From Takakia lepidozioides (taxonomy: Eukaryota > Plantae > Bryophyta): 64,000 nt of DNA. Below, piece after piece: positions 13,020-25,668 of the stretch. The notes beneath the pieces were generated by a model. That model was not told the DNA's origin and ran no database searches. It saw nothing but the letters and a program-made list of their open reading frames with translations. A program made the position numbers and the translations under genes. Location of the stretch: the NCBI GenBank assembly GCA_030704615.1, contig CM060734.1, positions 42,408,001 to 42,472,000 on the forward strand, written 5' to 3'. Numbering within the stretch: position 1 is the first letter of the stretch; each line of letters begins with the position of its first letter.

Positions 13020-15267
13020 TGAGGAGTGGGCCCAAGACGAGACTGACGATCATGAAGGTAGTGCTGTCGAGTTGTTGTAGCCCACGAGGGCTATCGCATC
13101 GCAGGGTCCATGGATTGTTCGAAGCATAAATTTTTTTCAAAATGGTACATAGACTAGAATTCGAGAAGCCGGCCTGCACAGGCTCAACGTGTTGTATAAA
13201 GGATTGGTGACGAGGAGCCTGCGCAGGGCCCACTTTTATGTTGTGTGCTCGCCTACGTCTTTTATGGCTATCACCATACAAGCTCTCTGTCTCTGAACAT
13301 CTCATATTAAATGCCTGCATCTGAGAAGAACCAATGCAGCAAGCGTTTATTAGTGCAAAAGTCTAGCTGCAATAGTAGCAGATTTGGGCGGTAAAAGTGG
13401 GAGTCCATGGGTGGAAAGTTCATTATTTAGAGTCAGATTCCCTATCATACATAAATATCTAGAACTGCATACATTAAACGTATGATATGAAATGTAGCAA
13501 CTGTAAAGGCGAGGAGGTTGATGAGGAGTCAGGACGGTCACTTTTCTTTGGAGGCCTCACTGTCCGACAGATTAGTTCGGATTTCGAGGAGCTTCTCGGA
13601 AAGTCGTGGATGGCAGTCTAGGAAGTACATATAGGTATCATGGCAGGTGGATCGATAGTCAACAGTTGCAGAGTAGGTAGTCGCTTTAGAAGCATCTGGA
13701 AGGTGTAGCAACGACTTTGAATTGACCACGTGCGAGTGGTGATTATCTAAATTCTCACGGAAGTTCGAGTAGTTTATATTTTAATTTGGATGTGCTTGAT
13801 TTGAGGATGAGTACGTCCGCTTGCTGGCGGCTGATTTCACTGTAGCAAGTGGTCTGCATGCAATCTCATCAGCGGTTGCGTAGCGGAGAAAATTGGACTC
13901 CTGAAACATTCTCTTCAATGCAAGAAGATGAGTAAATAAGCATGTCGTCGAGTTGAGTTGCGCCTCGTGTACACTTTGGTTTTGGTCGGTCCGAGAACTT
14001 TGTATAGGATCCGACAATATACCCTAACGTAACATTCATGACCCAAGGACACAAGCTTTTTGGCCATGTCTCTGCAAATTGCTTTCTATCTACAAAATTG
14101 AACCATTCAAATATGTTCCTTCCTACATCTTCAGTATCCCAGATCTCTTGGGAAGGTCAAAGAAATCCCGAGGGTGGGAGCAATCAATGGTTCAAGGAGG
14201 GGGTGCTATGGTGAGGGTGCAATTTGCGAGGGAGGTGTCCAGCTTCCAGAAACAGCTGCCGCCAACCTGTGGGGTCCACCGGCAGCATATGATGCATCGA
14301 CGGGGCCCATAATGCAATGGGTTGATTTGATCTCTTTTTCTTTGCACAAAATCACATTTCTATTGAGCAGTCTAAGCTTGTTTGATTTGGTTGAGGTATT
14401 GCTTGGTTGCGATTTTCAGTGAGTAATATCACCATGGGTGCATCTCAGGATATAGATACGCAAGCGGGTTAGAGATTCAGGAGGGGTTTCGGTAGAGTTC
14501 CCTGACATTTCTGACCCACATGGGGCCCCACAACAAAAGCAAACTGTTCGTGCACCGTGACACTATTATTTTTCATTGGCACTTGTTTTATAAAATTCCT
14601 CTGTTTCATTTGCATCTTTCGCTGTCTCCACATAAAATGTCATACAGTTCCAGCATATGGAATGCAAGACCACCTTCATGATGTAGTACTCCTATCCCTA
14701 AATTTTCAGACTTTTTGGGCAAGTTCTTGGGGTACCTACCTCCTTTGTACTGATCTGCAAATTTCATAGATTTTGGGCATGTAGATTTTGTGCATGCATT
14801 CATTGGCTTATGTATCCTAGATGCGTCACAAAACGCTGCGCTCCCAAAGGTTGTCCGACCAGTTGGGAACTTTGTCTGGAACCCTTCTCTCAAGGGCCCA
14901 AGGCGAACCCACCATTGTACCGTCCCTCGCATGCAGCATTGATGGGAGGTTGTTATCATCAACGTCAAGGCTCGTCACATTCTGCACAGCAAATGACAGC
15001 ATATAATGTACGTGGAGCCATAAAGCTCGCTTCTCTACAGCTTTGATGAACCTCAGTGGGCACAGTACGCTGCGTGATACCCTTCCATCATGCATCACTC
15101 CACCACTCTTACCTGCTCCAAAATGTGCATCTAACTCAAAACCCAAGAATTGTTTTCGCTTGTTCACGTGTTCCTGCAGCGCTCTCGACTCTCCATCCCC
15201 ACATTTCAGAAATGCAGACTCATGTCGGCCGCCAACCAAGTCAAGTTTGTTTACCCCTAAAGGACGT

Positions 15268-15335
15268 CGGGTGGTGGAGCACTTGGATGCGGTAGAGTTC
15301 TGTTATAATAACACAAAACACTCCGCAACGGGAGT
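15268..15335 (+). pseudogene. Small Ty3/Gypsy integrase fragment
   Basis: EHLDAVEFCYNNTKHSATG resembles the Gypsy AEF.YN...H.STG motif. Confidence 0.6.
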
Positions 15336-17086
15336 TGGGTCAGATTACTTGCCACGCTCCTACTCCCATGGATGATAGTGGATGAAAGTGAACCTTGAAG
15401 ATGAATGGTAGATGTGAGAGGAGCACATGTGGGAATTTACAGCGCCAAAAAATCATAAAAGCTCTGCTCCCTAGAATTTTGCAAAGTGTCAGGGCTTCAT
15501 GAAATCCAGTGTTAGAGCACCATTGACCTGCCTACGTGGCAATCAAATGGGCAATGTTCAAGATAACATCTAGGGCTGAAAATTTATCATAATGCCAAAA
15601 AATTTGGACAAAGCACCGTGAGATATTACTGTGCATTTATTTACTAGAGGAATTGGAAAACAAATGTCACCTCGTGGGTGTACTTGGGAAAGAAGCCAAA
15701 ACAAGATAATTTACCCCCAGATTTCACATACAAATAGCCCCCCATAAATTTGGTATTTTGGTTTGAGATTCTGGGAGATGACTTGTTCATTGCCCCCTAT
15801 CCGGATTATGGAGGCCATTTCTCCAAGAAAAAATATAAAATCACCAAACTTGCATGGTCAAAGCAATTTTTCCTTTTTTTTTTTTTGTTGATGGTGTCAA
15901 CTTGGCCAATTTTCTTTTGTTATAATCTACTAAATGAAACGGTCAAAGGTGCTACAATTTTTCGAGGACCTTCATGTAGTAGGTAGGGATGAAATGGAAC
16001 GGTCCATCCAGCTGGATGTAAGGGGGTAGGAACTTACATCTCAGGAATGGAGGGTATGGCCCACTTTTTGGGAAAACTCCCAAAAGTAAGCTCCTCCTTT
16101 AGGGTTTAAGAACACGGAGCTCGTGTGTGAAGCTGTAGTACGCATTTAAAGAGATGTGGATGACTAGATGCTTACATGAATCATAAATCAACTATTCATT
16201 AATACGTAATAAATTTATATGCAAGTTTTCTGTAAAAAATACTAATACATCATCTTGTAGTATGTTAGAAACAAATGAATTAGTCTCAATGATACTAGTA
16301 TATGGATGAATAATTTTCTTGATGTTGGTTTTGATGCATAACTTATAAGCAGCTCATATTTTATGTTTTAATGAAACACATTTAGTCCTAAAACTTCTAA
16401 TACGATGAAACAATGTCGTTAACATCATATGAAATATTTTCATCTTCTAGTGTTGAATATACAATGGCCATACTATCCATATTATTGTCATTTACAAACC
16501 TCCATCACTTCCAATATCCATATTTTTATCTTATGTACAAATAGTTGTTGGTAAAATACCAGGTTTTTATCCTACCATTATCATGGGTGATTAAATAATA
16601 TTAATATACTATAAAATAATTCGTCAATGTCAAAACAATTGTTATATTTTATTAGGACGATTAACATGATACTTCAATTTATGCAAGTGACTACAATATA
16701 TGGTTGACAATTGATCACATTTGGATAAATACACCAAACCAACACTGCATATTTGAAGTTTATATAAACATATTACAGATCACAAACCTATATACATAAC
16801 TTTCAAATTGCCGAATGATGTTGTTAAATACCAGCATTCACATTAATGGTGTCTTGTATATTCTATATTGGAGGGTGGAGCCATTATGCTCCAGCCGCTT
16901 GTTACGACTAGAGACCGGACAGCCCCCCCAAAACTATCATAAGCACAGAAGATGACTAATCGAGCGGTGAACGAAGGATATGACATGCCGAATCCTCAAA
17001 GTTTACACTAGGCAATCAAAGCTAGCCTTCAGTCGTCATAAAATGAAAACAGTTCCACACCAAAGGCAAGGCCGAATTAGAAGACT

Positions 17087-18180
17087 TTAATGCCCGGGTT
17101 TGGAAACAATATGATGATTACATTGGACTTCACCGTTTTGCTTCTCAATAGCCCTCCTCCACATGTCTTTTATGCTAGTCCACGGAGCGGTGAACACTCC
17201 TATAATTGAAAAAATATGCTCCGTCTCAATCTGGCTTCCAGGGATGCCAAAGATTTGTCTTGCAAGAAGACCCACCGTAGAAAACTTGGCCTCGTGCATC
17301 GGCCTCCACGCCAATGGATCCTTGCATTTTTCAACATCAACTGAAAAACGCCTATATAGGGTCAATTCTCTACTCACAACCTCCTTAGTGGCTTCAACAC
17401 TTGTCTCACAAGTCTGAAATAAATCAATAGTGTTAGCTTGAACTGGACTAGAGTTACTCTCAACAGCAATAGTTGGCATAAGATCATAATAACACACAAG
17501 AAGCATATTGATTAAGGATTTAAAATTATAGTCCATGACAATGCGCATGGCATCAACCGGCCCGCATAACCGGAGACCAAACCGAGGCCTTTGAATCTGG
17601 GGTCTAACATCAAGACAAGCATAAAGGGTGCCAGGACATTGATAATTTCTTGTTTCATGCGAGCTAACATTTCGGCCAATTCTCCATCAAAATCATGGAG
17701 TTGAAAGTTTGCAACCTTGGTTGTTGGGTCTGTAAGCTATTTCTTGCTGCAACTGTATGGTCATGGTAATTGCAACATTCAGATAATAACCAGTGGCCAT
17801 GGCTTTGATTCAGCATACACGCCGTGACGACATGTGACATCATTTTCACGATGGTCTTTGCTACAGCCCATGTCTTGGCAGTAGGAATTCGAGCCGCTAA
17901 GACAAGTGTTTGTCGACCATAACACAAGTGAATTGGAGCCCTAAACCATATGACATCTTGAAACATCATAACTCGAGATGCAAATCTGCGCCCACAATTG
18001 ATAGAGAAATATAAATTATTGTGTAATCACTAATAACCATAATTACAAAAATTATTCAATGATGGATCAGAAAGCATTGTACCTTGTCTTACAAGAGTAT
18101 TTAATTTGCGAGATTGTATGCCTGAACCAAGTCCCACTCCTGTCCTCCCTTCCCAGATTTTTTCGGCCACGTAACCTAAA
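17087..18180 (-). mobile_element. Decayed hAT transposase (including C-terminal dimerisation domain) in AT-rich context
   Basis: DPLAW..HEAKFSTVGLLARQIFGIPGSQIETEHIFS; LDPRF upstream; AACCG-type short repeats at about 18590-18795. Confidence 0.85.
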
Positions 18181-19429
18181 AAGACTCAGTCGCTCTGCCG
18201 TTCTTGGTTGCAAACTAAAAAGACAAGATGATTTTTGTCTTAAAAAATTGGCCAGATGGTCCTAGATTGGGTTGTCTCCAAAGACATTTAGCAATCTCAA
18301 TAAAACAGAGGAGAATTTGGTAAACAAGCTTGAAGAGGAATTTGAGGACGAGGTAGAGAGAGAAGAATTTCCCGAGGTTGATGATTGCATGATTGTATAT
18401 GAGAGAATATAACGGCGATGAACACCTCAAATATGTTCAACCGTGATATAATTTAGGTCAGATTATGGTTCAGCTCCTAATGGAACTCTCTGATACAAAT
18501 AACTGTTATTATTTTTCGATAGTATTTTTATATTAGATTTTAATTTTTGGTTTATTTTACATCATTAAAATAAACCATGACTTGTTTGATAACCGGATAC
18601 TGAACCGCCGGATGTCATCTAGAGAGAAAGTTCATTTTGTCCATAACCGCATAGGTTTAAATTTTATATTTATTGTTAATCGACAAGATATCAAAAATAA
18701 GAAAGCTCCAAAACTCTAGAACCGGAGGATGTGAATACAAAGTTAAAGTGAAACATCCGTAACCGCCTGATAAAAAAAAAATCAAATAACCGCACAAAAT
18801 ATTTATCTGTATAACTCAATAATAAATAAGTTAAATGACTCCGATTCAACCAATTACAAAAGAAATGAAAAAAATGAAAAAAAAATCCAAATACGATAAA
18901 ATACATCACATATAATTACGAAAACGTAATTTCTTATTCAATTAAACATGGCTTAAGTTATACTACTTTGTCTCGAATATGTTAAAAAAAATTCTATCTC
19001 TTAGTAAATCTACAATTATCAAATTTTCATGTTGATAATGGCGTTGTAGAAGAAATGCAAAGATTGAAAACAACAACAAAATAGGAGTTGATCATTCCAA
19101 CTTTGATCATATATACATAATCACATGTTTTTATACAACATTTAAATACTAGATCATTGTTATTACATAAATAAGATGTGTTTGTGCAAACCATAACTTA
19201 CAGCTTATATTTTATGTTTTAATGAAACACATTTTAATCCTACCAAGACTTCTCACATAAACTTATTCATAGATACCACAAAATATCGCATGTGGCTGTT
19301 CATGGTAGCCATGGTACAATGCTACTATATGATAAAACAATATCGTTAACATCATTCTGGTGTTGAATATATAATGGCCATACTATGCATATTATTGTCA
19401 TTTTCAGACCTCAATCACTTTCAATAGCC

Positions 19430-20336
19430 TCTCACCACCACTGATTGGGCTCCATTTGAACGCTAGGTGGCTCAAAGCTTCAATCACAAATCTGCAGGTT
19501 CTCCTTTATGGAACTCAATCTGGAAGGCGTGGAAAAGAGTTTGTCCCTTCCTGAGCAAGCAAGAACCCTCCACCTTCCATGAGACCTTGCGTCAGCACCT
19601 CTTCTTCAATTCCAACAACCCCCCCCCCCATCTGAAAGGTCACATGCTCGGAGATGGGCTGCCTGGGAATTGTGTGGGTATGTGCAGTCAAGCATCTCTG
19701 GTTCAGCAACCCCACATCCCTTCTGGAGGACCTCGGTCAACGCAGACTCTCTTCAGGGCTGCCTCTCATCCTTCTGTCTATCCCTGACCCATGGAGAACC
19801 TCGCTAAGAGATGGGCCGGGCTGCCTAGCCCCGCATCAATGGGTCCAAACATCCTGTCCTTCAAACATGGTGGTATACACTACTTAAATCATCGGCTCCT
19901 TGGTTTCTGGCTATGGCTTCCAGGAAGACAAGTTTTCAGAGGCCCTCTCCCTTCTCTCAAAATCAGTTCTCCAGCATCCGCAGTTGAACTTGTCAGAACC
20001 TGTCTTTGGTCAGCTAAATCCAAGTGCCTCAACCCCAATACCCCACCATTGAAACCTATCCTACCTTGGCTTCGGAGAGGCACCTTTGCTAAGATTGGTG
20101 GGGGAAACATCCTCTCTCTGCAGTTTGACCCCAAAGACCGGTGCTGGAAATTCGGCAACCGGCCAGTCCCCTTCTTTGCTTACTCGGCAAAGAAAGCTTA
20201 CAGAGCCATGATGGATGCCACCCCACTTATGAAAAAGTGGAATGATAGATGGGGTCATTGGGGTTTCCAAGAGGAGAACTGGAAAAGTATTTGGGCGGTT
20301 GTTTGGGAAAAATGCAAGCCAGCCAAAATTAGTGCA
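19430..20336 (+). mobile_element. L1-type LINE ORF2 C-terminal fragment (zf-RVT region), cut off by Gypsy-DNMT copy 1
   Basis: GSPLWNSIWKAW, YSAKKAYRAM, WKSIWAVVW..PAKISA. Confidence 0.8.
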
Positions 20337-21742
20337 CCCTCTAAGTCCAGGTAGCCACAAGATGTGATAGTTACCGTAGCCTCACTAAGTCCTCCACCAC
20401 TGTCCCTACTACACTCAAACTCGATAGATCAAGAGGCCGGGTGCAAGAGTTGCCCCATTGTTAGTCGCCATCTTGCAACTTGTGAACTTGAGCCTGGGAT
20501 CTCGTGTATTGACTCCTATGAGCTTGGCCTCATGACTCTCTTGAACAACTTTGTCCACTGGTCACATGCTCGTCTCCACATATCCGGATCATCAAGGTCA
20601 AGGACTACTGCAGCCTCCCTGCGAATAGATGCAGGCAAATCTGGCTCTCGACCGAAGAAAAGAAAGTAAGGTGAGAACGAGGCAAGTGATGTTTGCTTGC
20701 TAAACCTGTAGCCCATGGCCAACCAAGGTAGCTGAAAGTCCTAATCCCCTAAGTGTCCCTTCTGCAAGCCATACTTGCGCAAGTCTCTCTTGACTGCCTC
20801 GGGATGATCCCGAGAAGTAGTGCGGTGATCTATCAAGGCTTGTTTACACAAAAGCCTGAAACCAAGAACTTTCTCCCCTGGTCCATGAGTACGTCGGCTG
20901 GAGCACCAAATTGGCTAAGCACTCGATCTAAAAATGCATACGCCGCCCTCTCACTTGCCTTGTCAGGCAATGACACCAACTCAATCCATTTGGAGATATC
21001 CTTCTTATAAGCTCGCATCACCATTGCCGATGCATACTCCCCGCCTGACAACTTCACCAATCCAACTTCGAACAATTTCATAGTCCGTGACTGGATCGAA
21101 GACCTCTCTATGTCATTATACCTGTAGGGCCTTTGAAAAATTGGCTTATCACTTGCCAAATCAATACGAATCTCTTGGCCCTTCAAACTCCCCAAATCCT
21201 TCAAACCAAAGGCAAAGCAATTTTTATAAGCCCTGAGAAATTGTTGGATCCTCCGTCTCTCTCCTCCGGTGACTGTAGGTCCAACATCTAGTTCCCAATT
21301 GTCCTCAGTGACTGCAACCTTGGGTACACCAGGCTTGGAGGTAGGAGACGCATCCTTTGGTTGCTAGATAACAACCTCTTGGGCCTTGTCCGCCCACCCT
21401 GACTGTGGCGTAGCCTCCACTTGCTCCGCCATAGCCACCTTGAGAACATCCTCCGCAAAAGAAACATCCTCAACCTCTTCAAGAGCCTTGGCTACCTTGG
21501 CCTCCAACTGATCCTCCGTGTATGGCTCTCCCCACTCCTCATATTGCTCCTTGAGAGATCCAATGACTCTCTCTTTCCACATCTCATCCCACACCTGCCA
21601 TGGGTGTTTGCACTCCATGATCTTGTGCTTGGCCCCACTCACTGCCTCCACCGTCCCGGTTGGCAGATAGGGTGCAATATCCAATGGAAGTGTAGAAATA
21701 GCCACCAATGCTTGCAATCTCCGTTGCTCAGCCATGCACAAG

Positions 21743-22683
21743 CCAATGACCCATGTCAAGCAATTGAGCTCAATTGTCTGACCCAACACCTGGCGTCGTG
21801 ATGCCTTTGAGAGAGCTGGCACAGCTATAGTGCCCATGGCAAACCCCATTGCCCGCTCTCGCTCATCTGCACTAGGCTCCATCAATTGATGTAGCGCATT
21901 GTCTCAAATCAACTCTGGACCATTGTCTCGAAAAGCATGAGACGAGGGAAAACTCATGAGTGTGTAAGGCCGCACGTGGTTGCCCCACTCGATTGACCAC
22001 CGCCAAATGTGGACGGTCATCATGTCGCACTCTCTGTGGTTGCCTGCCTTGGTCCAAAATGCCCTCAACCGTGAGGTTGGGTGGCCATTGAATGGAATCA
22101 TAGGCTATCTTGAGCAACTCTAGTGGTGCAAGATTGGTCCACCACAACCTAGGCTTATGTGCCCGTGAACCCACTGCAGCTGCATCCATAATACAGCTGG
22201 TCCAATCCAAGACCGCACCTGATGCACACTAGCCATAACCCTGGCCCGAGAATCCCCCATGAGAGGAACATTCTCTAGGATATAAGCTGGAGGTTGCACT
22301 TGTCTCACGTGCAAGTCACGCAACACTCGTAACATCTCCCAAAACAAATGCAACCTTGCATCATGTAAGCCATTCCCATGACCTGCGGGAGAGTGTCCTT
22401 AGCAAGACCATCCAGCTATCACAAAGTCAATTGCACCATGCCAGCCCAAATCATCCGCCCCCAGCAAAGTAATGTCTGCTGGCAAGGCCTTTTGGTACCC
22501 TTGAATTGTTGAGAAAGACAACAACTCAGAATACTGGTGTGTGAGCAAGGCAACGTGGCGCATAGAAATACGCCGAGCTATCTCATCCTTCTCCACATAC
22601 AAGTACTTTCATACTTTAATCCCAGCTTGCAACGCTCCTGCAAGCCAAGTGCTCATGCCTCCAAACAGGTCTAGCAAACAAAT
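21743..22683 (-). pseudogene. DNMT3-like C5 cytosine methyltransferase domain in Gypsy pol, copy 1 (catalytic PCQ mutated to SC*, frameshifted)
   Basis: LDLFGGMST, YVEKD, DFVIAGWSC*GHS, YILENVP, AHKPRLWWTNL, ERERAMGF, RRQVLGQ. Confidence 0.9.
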
Positions 22684-25360
22684 CCCTGAGTCAAGTGGTT
22701 GCTAGGTAATGGGCACTGTGTCCAAAAGAGCTAACTGAGGAGATCCAGGTGATGTCACTGAACTCCCCTCACTCATCAATGGAAAGGCCTCCTGCCATGC
22801 TTGGTGCACACTCTCGTCTGCTACTCGCTGCAATTCCCAACCGTACCCCACAGTGGAATATGCACAGGCACATGAGGAAGCAACTCAGTCTTGTATGCCA
22901 GTTGCTTGTCCTCATCAGATGGTGGCCTATCATCTGCATGGCTATTGCCCTCCAAGAGCTCACCACCCCAAGCCATCATCCCTGAGAATGCAACCAATGT
23001 GGGCATCATGTTTCTACCGTCCGTAGGATGATCCGGCTGTAATCGAATGAAGAGCTCATGGCGTGTAATCCCTCGCGTCTTCTCTGAACTACCCAAAGAT
23101 GTTTGAATTTGGAAAGGGCAAGGCTCCAAATCCGCCTCTATAAGGCCCAAGCCTGCAATTGCTGCTCTCCCCAACATCAAAGGTTGTGCTCCTGAGTCCA
23201 ACAAGACCCGCAGTGGCCTATATCTCCTCCCAGTTGGACCACCCAACTAAAACACTTCATCCTGATTGTCCACCAGGACTACTCCAGGAGTCACCATGTT
23301 GCGATCAATGGCTGGCCTAGCTGACAACTCCTGTAATCTTGCAGTTGTCGCTTGCCATGGCGCAGCTGTGGCTGACTTCACCCTTGAATCCAAAGCATCC
23401 ATAGACTGCACCTTATCTGCTATCTCCACAGATAGTGCCGATGCGTTACCTCTCTCACAAAGTCTAGCTGCTAGTCTGAACACAGCAGCTGGCCAAATCC
23501 CTGGCATTGCAATGGTCATTGCAGAAATAATAGAGCTTGGCAAACCACCGTAGCCGCCCCCAACAATGTACTGGCTACACCTTGCTTTGCAGCACCACCC
23601 ACTGGCATTTTCCGAGCCACACCAACTCTTCCCAATGACACTCGTGGCTCTACCTTTGACACACTTGGGCGAGCGGGTGTCATTGATGGCGTAGGTGGCA
23701 CTGTCTCAGCCAATGTAAAGGACTATGGAAGCCTTGTCTGACAACTTGTTTCCCCCCTTTGTGGATCAAAATCCACATCCGCTCCTCTTGGCTCAGGAGC
23801 ACGCGTTGCTGCTCGAGTGACAGCAGCAGCAGAGTCCAATACATGCAATGGCCTTGCAAGTGCGGCTCCACACATGAAGCCCATACCAATCTCGTCTTCC
23901 CTAGGCATAGGAGGTTGTGCAGATGGGGTTTGAACCTCAGGCCTTGGAGCTGGCGCAACATGAGTAGTGGCCATGGCAGCAAGACGTTGCTCTAGCTGGG
24001 CAAGTCTATCCACCATGCCTTGGTCATGACCTTGACCCTGACCATGTGCTCCTTGGTTTTGGTTACGACCTCCACCCCGACCTCTACCTCCTCTGCCTCT
24101 CTGGACTACATTGTATCGTCCTCGGCCACCATTGTTTCTTTGGAACTGGCCTGGCCGTAGCTCATAATGGGCCTCTTCATGCCCATACTTTCCACAATGC
24201 CCACAGTGTGGTTGTGTAGGCTGTGCCTGTGCCGGCCCCTTGCCTCTCTCCGGGCAATCCTTCTTGACATGGGATCCTCCACAATCCCAACATGACACAC
24301 TCGTCTGTTGCTGGCCCGAGAATGAAAGGAGAGACCTCTGAATCTGAGATATCCTCTATGGCCTTCCTTAGGCTTCATCTGAGCCCCCTTGTTGCCTTGA
24401 GCACGTTGGGGAGTTGGTTGTTGTTGGCTAGGAACTCCACTTCGTTGTATCTTCTTGCCAAATCCCACCATAACCACCCGTTCCTCCACCATATTGAGTT
24501 TTATCCGCTCTGCCAACAAAAACACATTTGCTAAGGTGGGTTGGGCTACTTGTAGGAAAGTTGCATCCCGCATCCTTCTCCTCAGCTCCTTGTCCAGGAT
24601 CCCATACCAGAACTGGACTGCCTGAGTTTTTATAACCCCTTGGGTTACGTTTATTAAGTGCCTCATGCGAGAATCCTCGGCGAGAATCCTCCTGACTCTG
24701 AGTCTGAACCTTCCTTAGAAGAAACTGAAGGTGAAGGTGGCCTAAACCGCACACCTCGTCTTGTGTACCCACTAGTACTGGTGGTCTTGCTGGTCATCAC
24801 TCCAGCCTCACCACCGACAGCATACTCTAGGATTGGCCGGTGATCAAATCCGGACCAACCTCCTATGAAAACAAGCGCCCACACAAAGCTAACATAACGC
24901 ATATCAAGCATGCAGGTGTGGAGGAGATCCAAACACAAGAAAATCAAGACAGCAAATCCCACACCAAAAACACTCCACAGTGTTGCTCCTACAAGGACAC
25001 CCCAGCCCAAACCCGGACTGATTCTTGCCTCCACCTACGGAAAGGTTTTGGCCTACAGAGAGGGTGAAAGACTATGGGGAAGAGAAACTAAAGCAATTCC
25101 TACCCCAGAATGCTCTCATCCCACCACTCTCCCTCCTGTCTCTATCCACTCGCTTGTATGGCCGTGGCAAGTATCCTTCAAATATCCCTCAATCAATTCT
25201 TCAAGAGCTCTTCAACATTAATGTCCACCAGAGCTCCTCGAAGGGTCCTCCAATACTCCTCCAAATACCCCAAAGATCCTCCAAACACTCCTCCAATGGC
25301 CCTCAAATATCTTCCAAACAATCCTCCAAAGGCCCTTAAATTTCACACTGTCCTTTCAAT

Positions 25361-25668
25361 GTTGATACCTTAACAAAGGTATAGTCTGAGGTTGCTAGGG
25401 TCCCTTATGTTGATGATACCTTTACAGAGGTATAGTCTGAAAATGAGGGTTCTGTTTGGTATACTAACAGAGGTATAGTCTGAGTTGATTAGGGTCCACA
25501 TATGTGGATACCTCAATAGAGGTATAATAAAAAGGACAAGCTCATGTTTGGTATACTAACAGAGGTATAGTCTGAGTTGATTAGGGTTCACATATGGTGA
25601 TACATCAATAGAGGTGTAGTAAAATGGACAAGCTCATGTTTGGTATACTAACAGAGGTATAGTCTGAG
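25361..25668. repeat. Array of seven AGAGGTATAG-type motifs with alternating about 49/43-bp spacing in the 5' noncoding region of Gypsy-DNMT copy 1
   Basis: Motifs at about 25376, 25426, 25469, 25518, 25561, 25609, 25652. Confidence 0.88.

Noticed and set aside
12841-13080. ORF with a poly-lysine NLS-like run
   Set aside because: Arises from an (AAG)n microsatellite; no other coding evidence.
24663-25034. Hydrophobic env-like ORF upstream of gag in copy 1
   Set aside because: No equivalent ORF appears in the track for the homologous region of copy 2, and its 3' part is created by a deletion junction; likely GT-rich leader sequence.
25361-25668. CRISPR-like repeat-spacer appearance
   Set aside because: The spacers themselves repeat as a dimer, there are no cas genes, and the context is a eukaryotic retrotransposon.
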